Source of the DNA: Armatimonadota bacterium
GTDB lineage: Bacteria > Armatimonadota > UBA5829 > DTLH01
Direction: 5' to 3'
NCBI GenBank assembly: GCA_039680575.1
Contig: JBDKSP010000086.1
Span: 1-19,993 of the forward strand
Length of the DNA: 19,993 nt
Shown piece by piece: positions 8,403 through 16,748 of this stretch. The notes beneath the pieces are model-generated. The model saw only the letters and a list, made by a program, of their open reading frames with translations, was not told the DNA's origin and ran no database searches. Position numbers and translations under genes: made by a program. The first letter of the stretch is position 1. Each line of letters starts with the position of its first letter.

Positions 8403-10200
8403 ACAACAACGGACTGTTGCCGACCACATGCATAAAGGTGGACCGGGAAGGTTCCTGGCCGGCTCGCCGCCTAAGGTTGAAAATCGGGGCGATATCCTGC
8501 GCCGTCTGTGGAACTACCTCGCAGTCTACCGTGTGCCGCTCCTGGGGATAGTTTTCCTGGTTATCGCCACTACCGGGCTCGGGCTTGCGGGACCGTACCT
8601 TATACGCCTTGCTATCGATAAATACATCACCAAAGGCAATATACATGGGCTTGCCTGGCTGATACTCCTCATGGTGGCCGTACACATTCTGAACTCTCTC
8701 GGCACGTGGGTACAGTCGATCAGTATGATAAAAATGGCGCAGCATACTGTGCGCGACATCCGGCGCAACCTGTTCGACCATCTCCAGACCCTTTCTCTGC
8801 GGTATTTCGACCGGAATCCGCACGGCGAGCTGATGAGCCGGTTGACCAACGATACCGATACCATCAGCGCCACGCTCGGGGACGGCGTCACACAGCTTAT
8901 CAGCAGCGCGCTCTCGATTCTGGGCGCGGGCACTATAATGTTTATGCTGAACTGGCGCCTGGCGATTGTGACGCTCATAACCGTGCCTTTGGTCACCCTG
9001 GTCACTAAATTCATCGCGAAATACACCCGCCAGGGCTTCCGTGACCGGCAGGAGGCGCTCGGCACGCTGAACGGGATAGTGGAAGAGAGCATCGGAGGAC
9101 AGAGAGTCATCAAAGCCTGCTGCCGCGAAGAAGAGACTATCGAGAAGTTCATGGCCGCAAACGATGATCTGCGGCGGTCAGCAATAAAAGCGCTCTCTTT
9201 CATCGGTCTGATGGGACCGTCAATGAACTTTTTCCGCAATCTGAACCTCGCCATAGTCGCCGGGGCGGGCGGATGGATGGTAGTGAAGGGATTTGCGACC
9301 CTTGGGACGGTTGCCGCCATAATCTACTATGCGGACTACTTCAACCGGCCGCTGAACCAATTAGCGAACCTATACGGTTCCGTCCAGTCCGCGCTGGCCG
9401 GAGCGGAGAGGGTATTTGCGGTGATGGATGAAGTCCCTGAAGTAAACGATGCGTCTGATGCCATTGAAATACCCAATATTCAGGGCGATGTGGAGTTCGA
9501 CAGGGTCTGTTTCGGTTACGACAACGATGCGCCTGTGCTGAAAGACGTGAGTTTCAGCGTCGAACCGGGACAGACCGTGGCTTTGGTCGGTTCTACCGGA
9601 GCGGGGAAGACGACCATTATAAACCTGCTCACTCGGTTCTACGACATCGATTCAGGAAGCATCCATATCGACGGGCACGACATACGCACCCTCCGCCGGG
9701 ACAGCCTGCGGCGGGCGCTCGGGATAGTCCTTCAGGATACTTATTTATTCACCGGTACAGTGCGCGAAAATATCAGATACGGGCGGCTCGATGCAACGGA
9801 TGCGGAAGTGGAATCTGCCGCCAAGCTCGCAAACGCCGATTCGTTCATAAACCACCTGCCGCACAGGTATGACACGGTCCTTTCAGACGCCGGAAGCAGC
9901 CTGAGCCACGGCCAAAGGCAGTTACTCTCGATAGCCCGGACGCTTCTAGCGGACCCTGCGATCCTCATTCTGGACGAGGCGACAAGCAGTGTAGACACCC
10001 GCACAGAAGTCCATATCCAGCAGGCGCTCCACCGGCTGATGGAGGGCAGGACGAGCTTCATCATCGCGCACAGGCTGAACACTATCCAGCGTGCGGACTG
10101 CATAATGGTGATAGAGCACGGGCGGATCGTCGAACGCGGAAACCATGAGGAACTTATGACCCATGACGGCGTCTACCACAGGTTGTACACGAGCCATTAG
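8392..10200 (+). CDS. ABC exporter subunit (TMD+NBD), TM288-like
   Basis: Walker A GSTGAGKT, ILDEATS, IAHR and the non-canonical signature LSHGQ. ATG 8392 follows AAGGAGGT. Confidence 0.93.
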   Translation: MAAKQQRTVADHMHKGGPGRFLAGSPPKVENRGDILRRLWNYLAVYRVPLLGIVFLVIATTGLGLAGPYLIRLAIDKYITKGNIHGLAWLILLMVAVHILNSLGTWVQSISMIKMAQHTVRDIRRNLFDHLQTLSLRYFDRNPHGELMSRLTNDTDTISATLGDGVTQLISSALSILGAGTIMFMLNWRLAIVTLITVPLVTLVTKFIAKYTRQGFRDRQEALGTLNGIVEESIGGQRVIKACCREEETIEKFMAANDDLRRSAIKALSFIGLMGPSMNFFRNLNLAIVAGAGGWMVVKGFATLGTVAAIIYYADYFNRPLNQLANLYGSVQSALAGAERVFAVMDEVPEVNDASDAIEIPNIQGDVEFDRVCFGYDNDAPVLKDVSFSVEPGQTVALVGSTGAGKTTIINLLTRFYDIDSGSIHIDGHDIRTLRRDSLRRALGIVLQDTYLFTGTVRENIRYGRLDATDAEVESAAKLANADSFINHLPHRYDTVLSDAGSSLSHGQRQLLSIARTLLADPAILILDEATSSVDTRTEVHIQQALHRLMEGRTSFIIAHRLNTIQRADCIMVIEHGRIVERGNHEELMTHDGVYHRLYTSH

Positions 10201-10201
10201 G

Positions 10202-10234
10202 AGAGCTATCAGCCGTCAGCTATCAGTAGTCAGC
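10202..10234 (-). repeat. Heptamer tandem repeat (GCTGANN), inverted relative to 5916-5948
   Basis: Minus strand reads GCTGACT ACTGATA GCTGACG GCTGATA GCTCT. Confidence 0.75.
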
Positions 10235-10251
10235 CTTTTGAATCGCGACGG

Positions 10252-10286
10252 AAAAGGGGAATGGTGAAAATATACACCACTCCCCT
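10252..10286 (-). terminator. Intrinsic terminator after the TPR gene, possibly bidirectional
   Basis: Minus-strand stem AGGGGAGTGGTG/CACCATTCCCCT followed by TTT. Confidence 0.7.
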
Positions 10287-10326
10287 AAATCCTGGATGCT
10301 CAAATCCTAAAAACCTGCTTCTCCTG

Positions 10327-11244
10327 TTATGCGGCCCTTCGCGGGTCTATGTCGGCGAGTCCTTCTCTGGCTTCAGCGTTGTCCGGGTCAATCTCCAGCA
10401 CCCGGCGGTAGCTGTTTGCGGCTTCTTCGGTGCATCCGAGCCGTATGAATGCTGATGCGGCATTCAGCCGTGCAGCGGTAAAGTTCGGATTGATCTCAAG
10501 CGCGCGGCTGAACTCGACCAGCGCTTTCGATGGTTCCTCATCAGCCAGGTAGACGACTCCCAGCCAGTTTCTAATGTCTGCGTAACTCGGCTGTATTGAA
10601 AGCGCGCGTTCCAGGTCGACTGCTGCGGCTTTGTAGTCACCTCGCATGTAGTGCTCTTTGCCGAGCTTGAAATGGTATGTAATATCGTCTACATTCGTCG
10701 CTCTTAAATCTTCCAGCTTTGCAAGGGACCTGTCCCACTGTTTCTTGCGGTGAAGATCCACAGCCTCACGGTAAAGCTGGCAGGAATAGCCCGGCTCGTT
10801 TTGAACGGCGCGGTTGATTAACTCCATGCCGGCCTCCCGGTCGCCGGTGCGGTAATGGATCAGACCGAGTTCCAGAAGGGCTCTGCTGTAGCGCGGATTA
10901 AGAGATACAGCCTTCTCCAATTCCGTCACTGCCTGTGTCGAGTCATTCTTCTGCATCAGTATACAGGCCAGATGGTAGTGCAGATCGGGGTATTGAGGGT
11001 TAATCTCAACAGCTCTTCTCAGGCTTTGTTCAGCTCTCTCGGTAGCGCCGCGACCGGCGCGGTCCAGACCGAGCTGAGCATATGATTCACCCAGATAGAA
11101 CCTTGCCAATTTACCCATCGGGTCTAACTGCTCGCAGATGACCGTGAGTGTCTCGAATTCAGAGATGGCTTCCCTGTAAAGCCCTTGATCGAAGTATTCA
11201 ATCCCTTTGCTGTAGTGCTCATTCAATTCTTGAACGGATGACAC
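10327..11244 (-). CDS. Tetratricopeptide repeat protein
   Basis: Repeated TPR signatures: AVEINPQYPDLHYHLA, AVSLNPRYSRA, ALSIQPSYADIRNWLG, ALEINPNFTAARLN and VLEIDPDN. Confidence 0.9.
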   Translation of the reverse strand: MSSVQELNEHYSKGIEYFDQGLYREAISEFETLTVICEQLDPMGKLARFYLGESYAQLGLDRAGRGATERAEQSLRRAVEINPQYPDLHYHLACILMQKNDSTQAVTELEKAVSLNPRYSRALLELGLIHYRTGDREAGMELINRAVQNEPGYSCQLYREAVDLHRKKQWDRSLAKLEDLRATNVDDITYHFKLGKEHYMRGDYKAAAVDLERALSIQPSYADIRNWLGVVYLADEEPSKALVEFSRALEINPNFTAARLNAASAFIRLGCTEEAANSYRRVLEIDPDNAEAREGLADIDPRRAA

Positions 11245-11291
11245 TTGTGCTTCAGCTCCCCTCGATAATATCCGGCAGGAGCCTCAGCGTT

Positions 11292-12611
11292 TTAATGTCC
11301 GTTCGAGCCTTGAGCGTTCTCATGCCTGCCTATGCAGTGGTACTCGAACCCTATCTTCTTCATCCGCTGAGGGTCGTAAATATTCCTACCATCAAATATT
11401 ATCGGTTTACTCATCCGTTCCTTCAGTCTTTCTAGGTTAAGAAGTTTAAATTCATTCCATTCAGTCACTATTGCAATGGCATCGGCACCCTCTGCAGTGG
11501 CATATGCATTGGGACAGTACTCGATCTGCGGGAATATCCTGCTCGCATTTTCGGCGGCTACGGGGTCATATGCCTTTACTTGCGCGCCTTCGGAGAGCAG
11601 ACCCGCGATAATATCTATGGACTTGGCATCCCGCATATCGTCCGTATTCGGCTTGAATGCGAGCCCCAGTATTCCGACTGTCCTGCCTTGAAGCGCGCCA
11701 AGGCTGTTTTTGATCTTTTCGACGAAGAGTTTGGGCTGGTCCATGTTGATATCCACGACGGATTTGAGCAGTTTGAAGTCGTAACCGAGGCTGTCCGCTG
11801 TGTGGATAAGACAGCTTGCATCTTTACCAAAGCATGAGCCTCCGTAGCCGAGCCCTGCATTCAGGAACGCATTACCGATCCGGCTGTCGTAGCCCATACC
11901 TTTCGTGACCTGCAGTACATCCGCTCCGGCCTTTTCACAGATTTGCGCCACTGCGTTGATGAACGATATTTTGGTCGCAAGAAACGCGTTCGATGCATAC
12001 TTGATCATTTCGGCGGAGTGTACGTCCGTGATGAGCATCGGTTTTTCGAGCGAAGCGTAGAGTTCGACGATTTTCATGGCGACATTGCCATTCGGCGCGC
12101 CAATCACTATCCTGTCCGGGTAAAGCGTATCAGCTATTGCGGAGCCTTCGCGCAGGAACTCCGGGTTGGAGACTACATCGAACTCGATATCCCTTATCCT
12201 GTTTCGAGCTATGACATCCCGGACGAGATCGCCTGTCCCTACTGGAACGGTGCTCTTGTTGACGATGACTTTGTAGCGGTCCATGTGCTTTGCGATTATC
12301 CTGGCCGCATCGACTACGGCTGAAAGGTCGGCCTGTCCATCCTCAGCGGGCGGAGTGCCTACCGCAATGAATACTACTTCGGACTTTTTTACGCCTTCAC
12401 CGACATCCGTAGTAAAGTACAGCCGATTGTCCTCGACATTGCGGTCAACCATCTCCTCAAGCCCCGGCTCATAGATCGGCATTTTACCGCGTTTCAGCAT
12501 ATCGATCTTCGATTCGTCTTTATCGACGCAGATAACATCGTTTCCGAGGTCCGAGAATACCGCGCCGGTAACGAGACCAACATATCCTGTACCGATTACG
12601 CAGATGTTCAT
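11292..12611 (-). CDS. ugd: UDP-glucose 6-dehydrogenase
   Basis: Motifs GTGYVG (Rossmann fold), PIYEPGL, KSTVPVGT, NPEFLREG, GYGGSCFGKD (catalytic Cys), FKPNTDDMR and DGRN. Confidence 0.95.
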   Translation of the reverse strand: MNICVIGTGYVGLVTGAVFSDLGNDVICVDKDESKIDMLKRGKMPIYEPGLEEMVDRNVEDNRLYFTTDVGEGVKKSEVVFIAVGTPPAEDGQADLSAVVDAARIIAKHMDRYKVIVNKSTVPVGTGDLVRDVIARNRIRDIEFDVVSNPEFLREGSAIADTLYPDRIVIGAPNGNVAMKIVELYASLEKPMLITDVHSAEMIKYASNAFLATKISFINAVAQICEKAGADVLQVTKGMGYDSRIGNAFLNAGLGYGGSCFGKDASCLIHTADSLGYDFKLLKSVVDINMDQPKLFVEKIKNSLGALQGRTVGILGLAFKPNTDDMRDAKSIDIIAGLLSEGAQVKAYDPVAAENASRIFPQIEYCPNAYATAEGADAIAIVTEWNEFKLLNLERLKERMSKPIIFDGRNIYDPQRMKKIGFEYHCIGRHENAQGSNGH

Positions 12612-12769
12612 AACTTATCAGCTTGCCTCCTCGTCACAACTGGGCATTATATACCCGCCAGGCATACGGATAAACCGGATGAGGAACAAAAGAGAGTTAC
12701 GGTGAGGCAGGTAACAGCGCTGTAAAGGGCGAACAAAATACTGAGTAGTTATGATAACGGTGAAAGTCG

Positions 12770-13306
12770 ATGAATTTAGCAGAAAAAGTAATATCCACGA
12801 AGCGGATCTATGACGGCAAGATATTGAATCTCAGGGTAGATACGGTAATTCTGCCGGATGGGCGAGAAGCCAAACGAGAGATAGTCGAGCACAGAGGAGC
12901 TATTGCCGTAGTGCCGCTCCTCGACACCACGAAAGTCGTGATGGTGAAGCAATACCGGCGGTCCGCCGGAGAAGTGCTTTTGGAGATACCTGCCGGGGTT
13001 ATGGAAAAGGACGAAGACGCCGAAACTTCCGCCAACCGGGAGTTGATGGAGGAGATAGGCTACAAAGCAGGGAAGCTGACCAGGATGTACAGCACTTTCC
13101 TTGCTCCGGGATACTCGGAAGAGATGCTGCACACGTTTCTTGCCGAGGATTTGGTTCCTGCCCGGGCAAAAGCGGACGATGATGAGTTCATCGAGATTGT
13201 CACGATAGAGCTTAGCGATGCTGTGAAGATGATCCGATCAGGTGAAATCAAGGATGCGAAAACAGCCAGCGGGCTTTTGATGGCTCAGCAGATGATCGGT
13301 TCATAA
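12770..13306 (+). CDS. nudF: Nudix hydrolase, ADP-ribose pyrophosphatase (NudF-like)
   Basis: Nudix box GVMEKDEDAETSANRELMEEIGY, plus REIVEH, QYR, LEIPAG, PGYSEE, DDDEFI and IKDAKT. Confidence 0.88.
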   Translation: MNLAEKVISTKRIYDGKILNLRVDTVILPDGREAKREIVEHRGAIAVVPLLDTTKVVMVKQYRRSAGEVLLEIPAGVMEKDEDAETSANRELMEEIGYKAGKLTRMYSTFLAPGYSEEMLHTFLAEDLVPARAKADDDEFIEIVTIELSDAVKMIRSGEIKDAKTASGLLMAQQMIGS

Positions 13307-13321
13307 CCGGCGGAAGAGGAA

Positions 13322-14185
13322 ATGAATAACAGCACATTTAGCGAAAAGGAATATATTATCTTCTGCGATGAGTCGGACAAGAAAGGTAAGTATTTTTCCA
13401 ACTTCTACGGAGGCGTGCTTGTCGGAGCTTCACAGTATCAACGGATCACAAAGTCAATGAATGAGAAGAAGAATGAGCTGAATCTGTTTGGTGAAGTGAA
13501 GTGGTCCAAAGTTTCCGAACGTTACTTGCCAAAGTATCAGGATCTCATTAAATGCTTTTTTGAAGAAGTTGCAGTAAATAATCTTAAAGTGAGAATAATG
13601 TTCTCTCAGAATGCTTGGCAGCCTACAGGTTTGACCAGAGAAGATATTGAACTGCAGTATTTCAAGCTCTATTATCAATTTATAAAGCATGGATTCGGTC
13701 TTCGCTATATAGATGGAAAAGCGGGTGCAACCAAATTGCGCCTTTATCCAGACCAATTACCTGATACTCATGAAAAAATCGAGATGTTCAAAGGCTACCT
13801 GCTGGCTCTGCAATATTCAAAAGAATTTCGGAACTCTGGTATAACTATTGCTAAAGAGGATATTGCTGAGGTGCGCTCGCACGATCATGTTCTTTTGCAG
13901 TGCTTAGATATTGTTCTTGGCTCGATGTCATTTCGGTTGAATGATAAGCACAGGGATAAGCCTGAAGGTAGCCAGTTCCTCGCAAAAAAGACAAAAGCAA
14001 AGCATACGCTTTACAAGACGATACACGACGAAATCAGAAAGATATATCCTAACTTTAACATTGGTATAAGCACGGGAAAGGGACGCGACTATGCCAATAG
14101 ATGGAATCATCCTTATCGACACTGGCTTTTCAGACCTGGTGAGGGAGAATACGACGAGTCTCTTACCAAGGGAAAAAGTAAATGA
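13322..14185 (+). CDS. DUF3800 domain-containing protein (putative RNase H-like nuclease)
   Basis: N-terminal IFCDES and C-terminal LLQCLD (QxxD) match the DUF3800 signature. RBS GAGGA. Visibly more AT-rich than nudF and thiL. Confidence 0.8.
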   Translation: MNNSTFSEKEYIIFCDESDKKGKYFSNFYGGVLVGASQYQRITKSMNEKKNELNLFGEVKWSKVSERYLPKYQDLIKCFFEEVAVNNLKVRIMFSQNAWQPTGLTREDIELQYFKLYYQFIKHGFGLRYIDGKAGATKLRLYPDQLPDTHEKIEMFKGYLLALQYSKEFRNSGITIAKEDIAEVRSHDHVLLQCLDIVLGSMSFRLNDKHRDKPEGSQFLAKKTKAKHTLYKTIHDEIRKIYPNFNIGISTGKGRDYANRWNHPYRHWLFRPGEGEYDESLTKGKSK

Positions 14186-14245
14186 CCCCACACAGCCTAC
14201 AAATACCTGACGCATAACGTCAAGCTTCGACTGAGCAGGGTCTCT
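14174..14245 (-). ncRNA. DUF3800-associated structured small RNA, convergent with the gene
   Basis: The minus strand folds into a long hairpin (14242-14184) with five G-U pairs that work only on this strand and a GAA/GUA internal loop. A U-rich tail follows and a promoter lies immediately upstream. Confidence 0.7.
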
Positions 14246-14251
14246 ATAGTT

Positions 14252-14279
14252 AGTATACCACATCGCGTTGGTATGTCAA
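14252..14279 (-). promoter_or_regulatory. Antisense sigma70-type promoter for the DUF3800-associated RNA
   Basis: Minus strand reads TTGACA (14279-14274), 16-nt spacer, TATACT (14257-14252), with an extended -10 (TGG TATACT). Confidence 0.7.
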
Positions 14280-14324
14280 TCTCATCTTATTACATATTAC
14301 AATCTTATATATTGCAGCTTCATT

Positions 14325-15344
14325 ATGAAAATATCTGAGTTCGGCGGCGAGAATGCCGTCATCAAGTTGATAGAAAAGCTCCACGGTGAGATGGATGACC
14401 CCCGCGTGGTGGTCGGTTTCGGTGACGACGCCGCGCTCGTTCGCACATGCACCGAAATGCTTCAGATTATCACGACCGATCTTCTCATCGAAGGGACCCA
14501 CTTCCGGCAGGACATTATCGACCCTTATTCACTGGGTTGGAAGTCCGTCGCCGTCAACATAAGCGATGTCGCGGCGATGGGAGGGGTTCCGACCTGGGCT
14601 TTTGTCTCCATCGCCTTCCCGGACATAGAAGTGGAGTTCATCGAGCAGCTCTACGAAGGGATGAACGACATCTCCCGCAGGTTCGGAAGCCGGATAATCG
14701 GCGGAGACACTAATAATGCCGAGGGAAACATCGTCATAAACGTGGCGCAGCTCGGAGAGGTCGAGGAAGACCGCGCAGCTAAGAGAAATACCGCCAGACC
14801 GGGCGACAGAATACTTGTCACGGGGACTATCGGAGATTCACTGGCCGGGTTTAGGCTTCTGGACAAACTTGGACTGGCGCAGGCGTCAAAAGACTTCCCG
14901 CAGGTCGCTGAACGGCACTTGAGACCGATTCCCAGAGTCTCTGAAGCCCGCGCAGCGGTCAAAGAGCGGCTTGTTGGAGCCATGATGGACCTTTCCGACG
15001 GACTTGCCATCGATCTTGGCAAGATGTGTGAGGCAAGCAGTGTCGGCGCACGTGTATTTGAGAAAAACCTGCCTGTAAGTGAAAGCCTCAAGCTCGCAGC
15101 TTCCGCCCTCAATATGAGCCCAGAGTCGCTTGCATCATCCGGCGGGGAGGATTATGAGCTTCTAATCGCCGCTGCTCCCGAAAATGTTGAAAAACTCATC
15201 CAAACCGTCCAAACCGCGACCGGAACAAGAGTTACCGAGATCGGAGAGTTCATCGAAGGGGACAGGATCACTCTCGTCCAGCCGGATGGCGCTGAAGCCC
15301 CGCTAAAAACCGGATGGAAGCACTTCGATCTTAAGAACAAATAG
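14325..15344 (+). CDS. thiL: Thiamine-monophosphate kinase
   Basis: Motifs GENAVI, GFGDDAA, TTDLLIEGTHF, AVNISDVAAMGG, IIGGDT, MMDLSDGL, GGEDYEL and GWKHF. Start placed at ATG 14325. Confidence 0.95.
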   Translation: MKISEFGGENAVIKLIEKLHGEMDDPRVVVGFGDDAALVRTCTEMLQIITTDLLIEGTHFRQDIIDPYSLGWKSVAVNISDVAAMGGVPTWAFVSIAFPDIEVEFIEQLYEGMNDISRRFGSRIIGGDTNNAEGNIVINVAQLGEVEEDRAAKRNTARPGDRILVTGTIGDSLAGFRLLDKLGLAQASKDFPQVAERHLRPIPRVSEARAAVKERLVGAMMDLSDGLAIDLGKMCEASSVGARVFEKNLPVSESLKLAASALNMSPESLASSGGEDYELLIAAAPENVEKLIQTVQTATGTRVTEIGEFIEGDRITLVQPDGAEAPLKTGWKHFDLKNK

Positions 15345-15430
15345 GAGAAGGGTTTTTCGAGCCTCTTGCCGAAGAATTAAGCGAACTGCAAGCTTGCTTG
15401 CCAGGGAATGCAATAGAAGGAGGATCTTGA

Positions 15431-16273
15431 ATGAAGAATATAATGAGGCTTGTCTGCCTGACAGCGGTAATCTGCCTGCTGTCGGTTTCAGCAGCATTTG
15501 CACAGGAACCGGAACTCCCGTCTACCGGCCTGAGTACAAGCGTAGACCTCGGCTATGTAAGTCAGTACATCTGGAGGGGTATACCTCTCAACACCGATCC
15601 GGCATTCCAGCCGTCCATCACTATCTCTCACCCCAGTGGATTAAGTTTTAACTTGTGGGGGAGTATGGATACCACGAATATAGCTGGTAAATCCGGCGAC
15701 TTGACCGAGGCCGACTACACGCTGAACTATGCCTGGGAAACTAAAGGGCGGGAAATGAACGCCGGTGTAAGCTGCTATACATACCCGAACACCACCGACT
15801 CAGGCACCAGCGAAATATTTATGAGCATGTGCTTTGGCGGCACGCTCGCAGCCACACTCTCTGCCAATTATGACATCGATGAGGCGGATGGATACTATCT
15901 GACTCTTGGCGTCGGACACGATTGCGCTACGGCATGGAAGAAAGCTCCTAAGCTGGGACTTTCGGCTAAAGTCTCTTACGGTTCGGATAAGTTCGTCAAG
16001 TATTACTACAACGGCTATTCAGAAATGAACAAATCCCGCAGCGCCAAAACAGCCATCAAGCCAGGTTATTACATGCCGCAAGTGAACAAATCGGCTTTTA
16101 CCGATGTAATCCTCAGCGTAAGCATGCCCTACACAATGAAGAACGGTATGACCCTTGCTCCGAACGTTAACTATACGATGATAATAGACAGCGATATTAA
16201 GGATGTCATGAAAGCTGCCAGAGAGGACAGAAACAACTTCTTCGCCGGAGTTACATTATCAACATCGTTCTAA
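15431..16273 (+). CDS. Outer-membrane beta-barrel, TorF/TIGR02001-like putative porin
   Basis: Signal peptide ending AFA, motifs SQYIWRG, PAFQP and EADY, alternating beta-strand pattern, terminal Phe. RBS AAGGAGG. Confidence 0.7.
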   Translation: MKNIMRLVCLTAVICLLSVSAAFAQEPELPSTGLSTSVDLGYVSQYIWRGIPLNTDPAFQPSITISHPSGLSFNLWGSMDTTNIAGKSGDLTEADYTLNYAWETKGREMNAGVSCYTYPNTTDSGTSEIFMSMCFGGTLAATLSANYDIDEADGYYLTLGVGHDCATAWKKAPKLGLSAKVSYGSDKFVKYYYNGYSEMNKSRSAKTAIKPGYYMPQVNKSAFTDVILSVSMPYTMKNGMTLAPNVNYTMIIDSDIKDVMKAAREDRNNFFAGVTLSTSF

Positions 16274-16295
16274 GTGAGCTGGAGAGTGTGCTTCT

Positions 16296-16380
16296 CCCCG
16301 TGGTCCGGTAGGTCCACGGGGTAGGACGAACTGCGGTCCCAAAGCATAGGAAGCCGGGTGGCGGTTTAAAGCCGCCACCC
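16296..16380. terminator. Two hairpins between convergent genes
   Basis: CCCCGTGG/CCACGGGG (16296-16321) and GGGTGGCGG/CCGCCACCC (16356-16380). Confidence 0.6.
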
Positions 16381-16388
16381 AAAATACA

Positions 16389-16646
16389 CTACTCCTCGAA
16401 TACCATTTTCTGGATTTCTACACCTTCGAAGCTCTTGAGTTTTTCCTCCATCTCGTTGATTTTGGACTCATCTCCGTACATCTCAAGAAGGATCAGCCCG
16501 CTTCCGGAGCAGGACATGTCGTCCACGTTATGCAGTCCGATCCGCGTTTTGATGTGGCAGCCGTACTCAGTCAAAACACTCTGCACATCCGGTGCTGTAG
16601 TGACCCTTCTTCCAAGAAACAATCCTATGACGATTCGCTTAGCCAT
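16389..16646 (-). CDS. Small ACT/NikR-C-terminal-like protein (TM1266-like)
   Basis: 85 aa, VQSVLTEYGCHIKTRIGLH...CSGSGLILLE. ATG 16646 follows AAAGGA. An alternative start is at 16664. Confidence 0.65.
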   Translation of the reverse strand: MAKRIVIGLFLGRRVTTAPDVQSVLTEYGCHIKTRIGLHNVDDMSCSGSGLILLEMYGDESKINEMEEKLKSFEGVEIQKMVFEE

Positions 16647-16748
16647 GACTCTTGATCCTTTCATACATCTCCCATGAATCTCAGGTATGTATCTTATCTG
16701 AAACGAACTTATTATACCAACCGGACATGGTGTTATAATCCTGCCGGT

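Noticed and set aside
6626..10197. Long overlapping ORFs inside the ABC genes (6878-7699, 8526-9320 and others)
   Set aside because: Expected by-products of GC-rich codon usage, with no independent support.
6654..10200. Degenerate Walker B, switch and signature residues as a sign of pseudogenisation
   Set aside because: This asymmetry is the normal feature of TM287/288-type heterodimeric exporters.
13928..14263. 111-aa minus-strand ORF through the ncRNA region as a protein antitoxin
   Set aside because: Its start lies inside the predicted promoter spacer, upstream of the TSS, with no RBS. It is mostly antisense to the DUF3800 gene.
14268..14324. N-terminal extension of thiL in the ORF track (likewise the 717, 1378, 8299 and 19759 starts)
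   Set aside because: Downstream ATGs fit the RBS, signal peptide or family N-terminus better.
16274..16388. GC-rich hairpins as a ribozyme or tRNA
   Set aside because: No hammerhead core or cloverleaf is visible. The position between convergent genes fits terminators.
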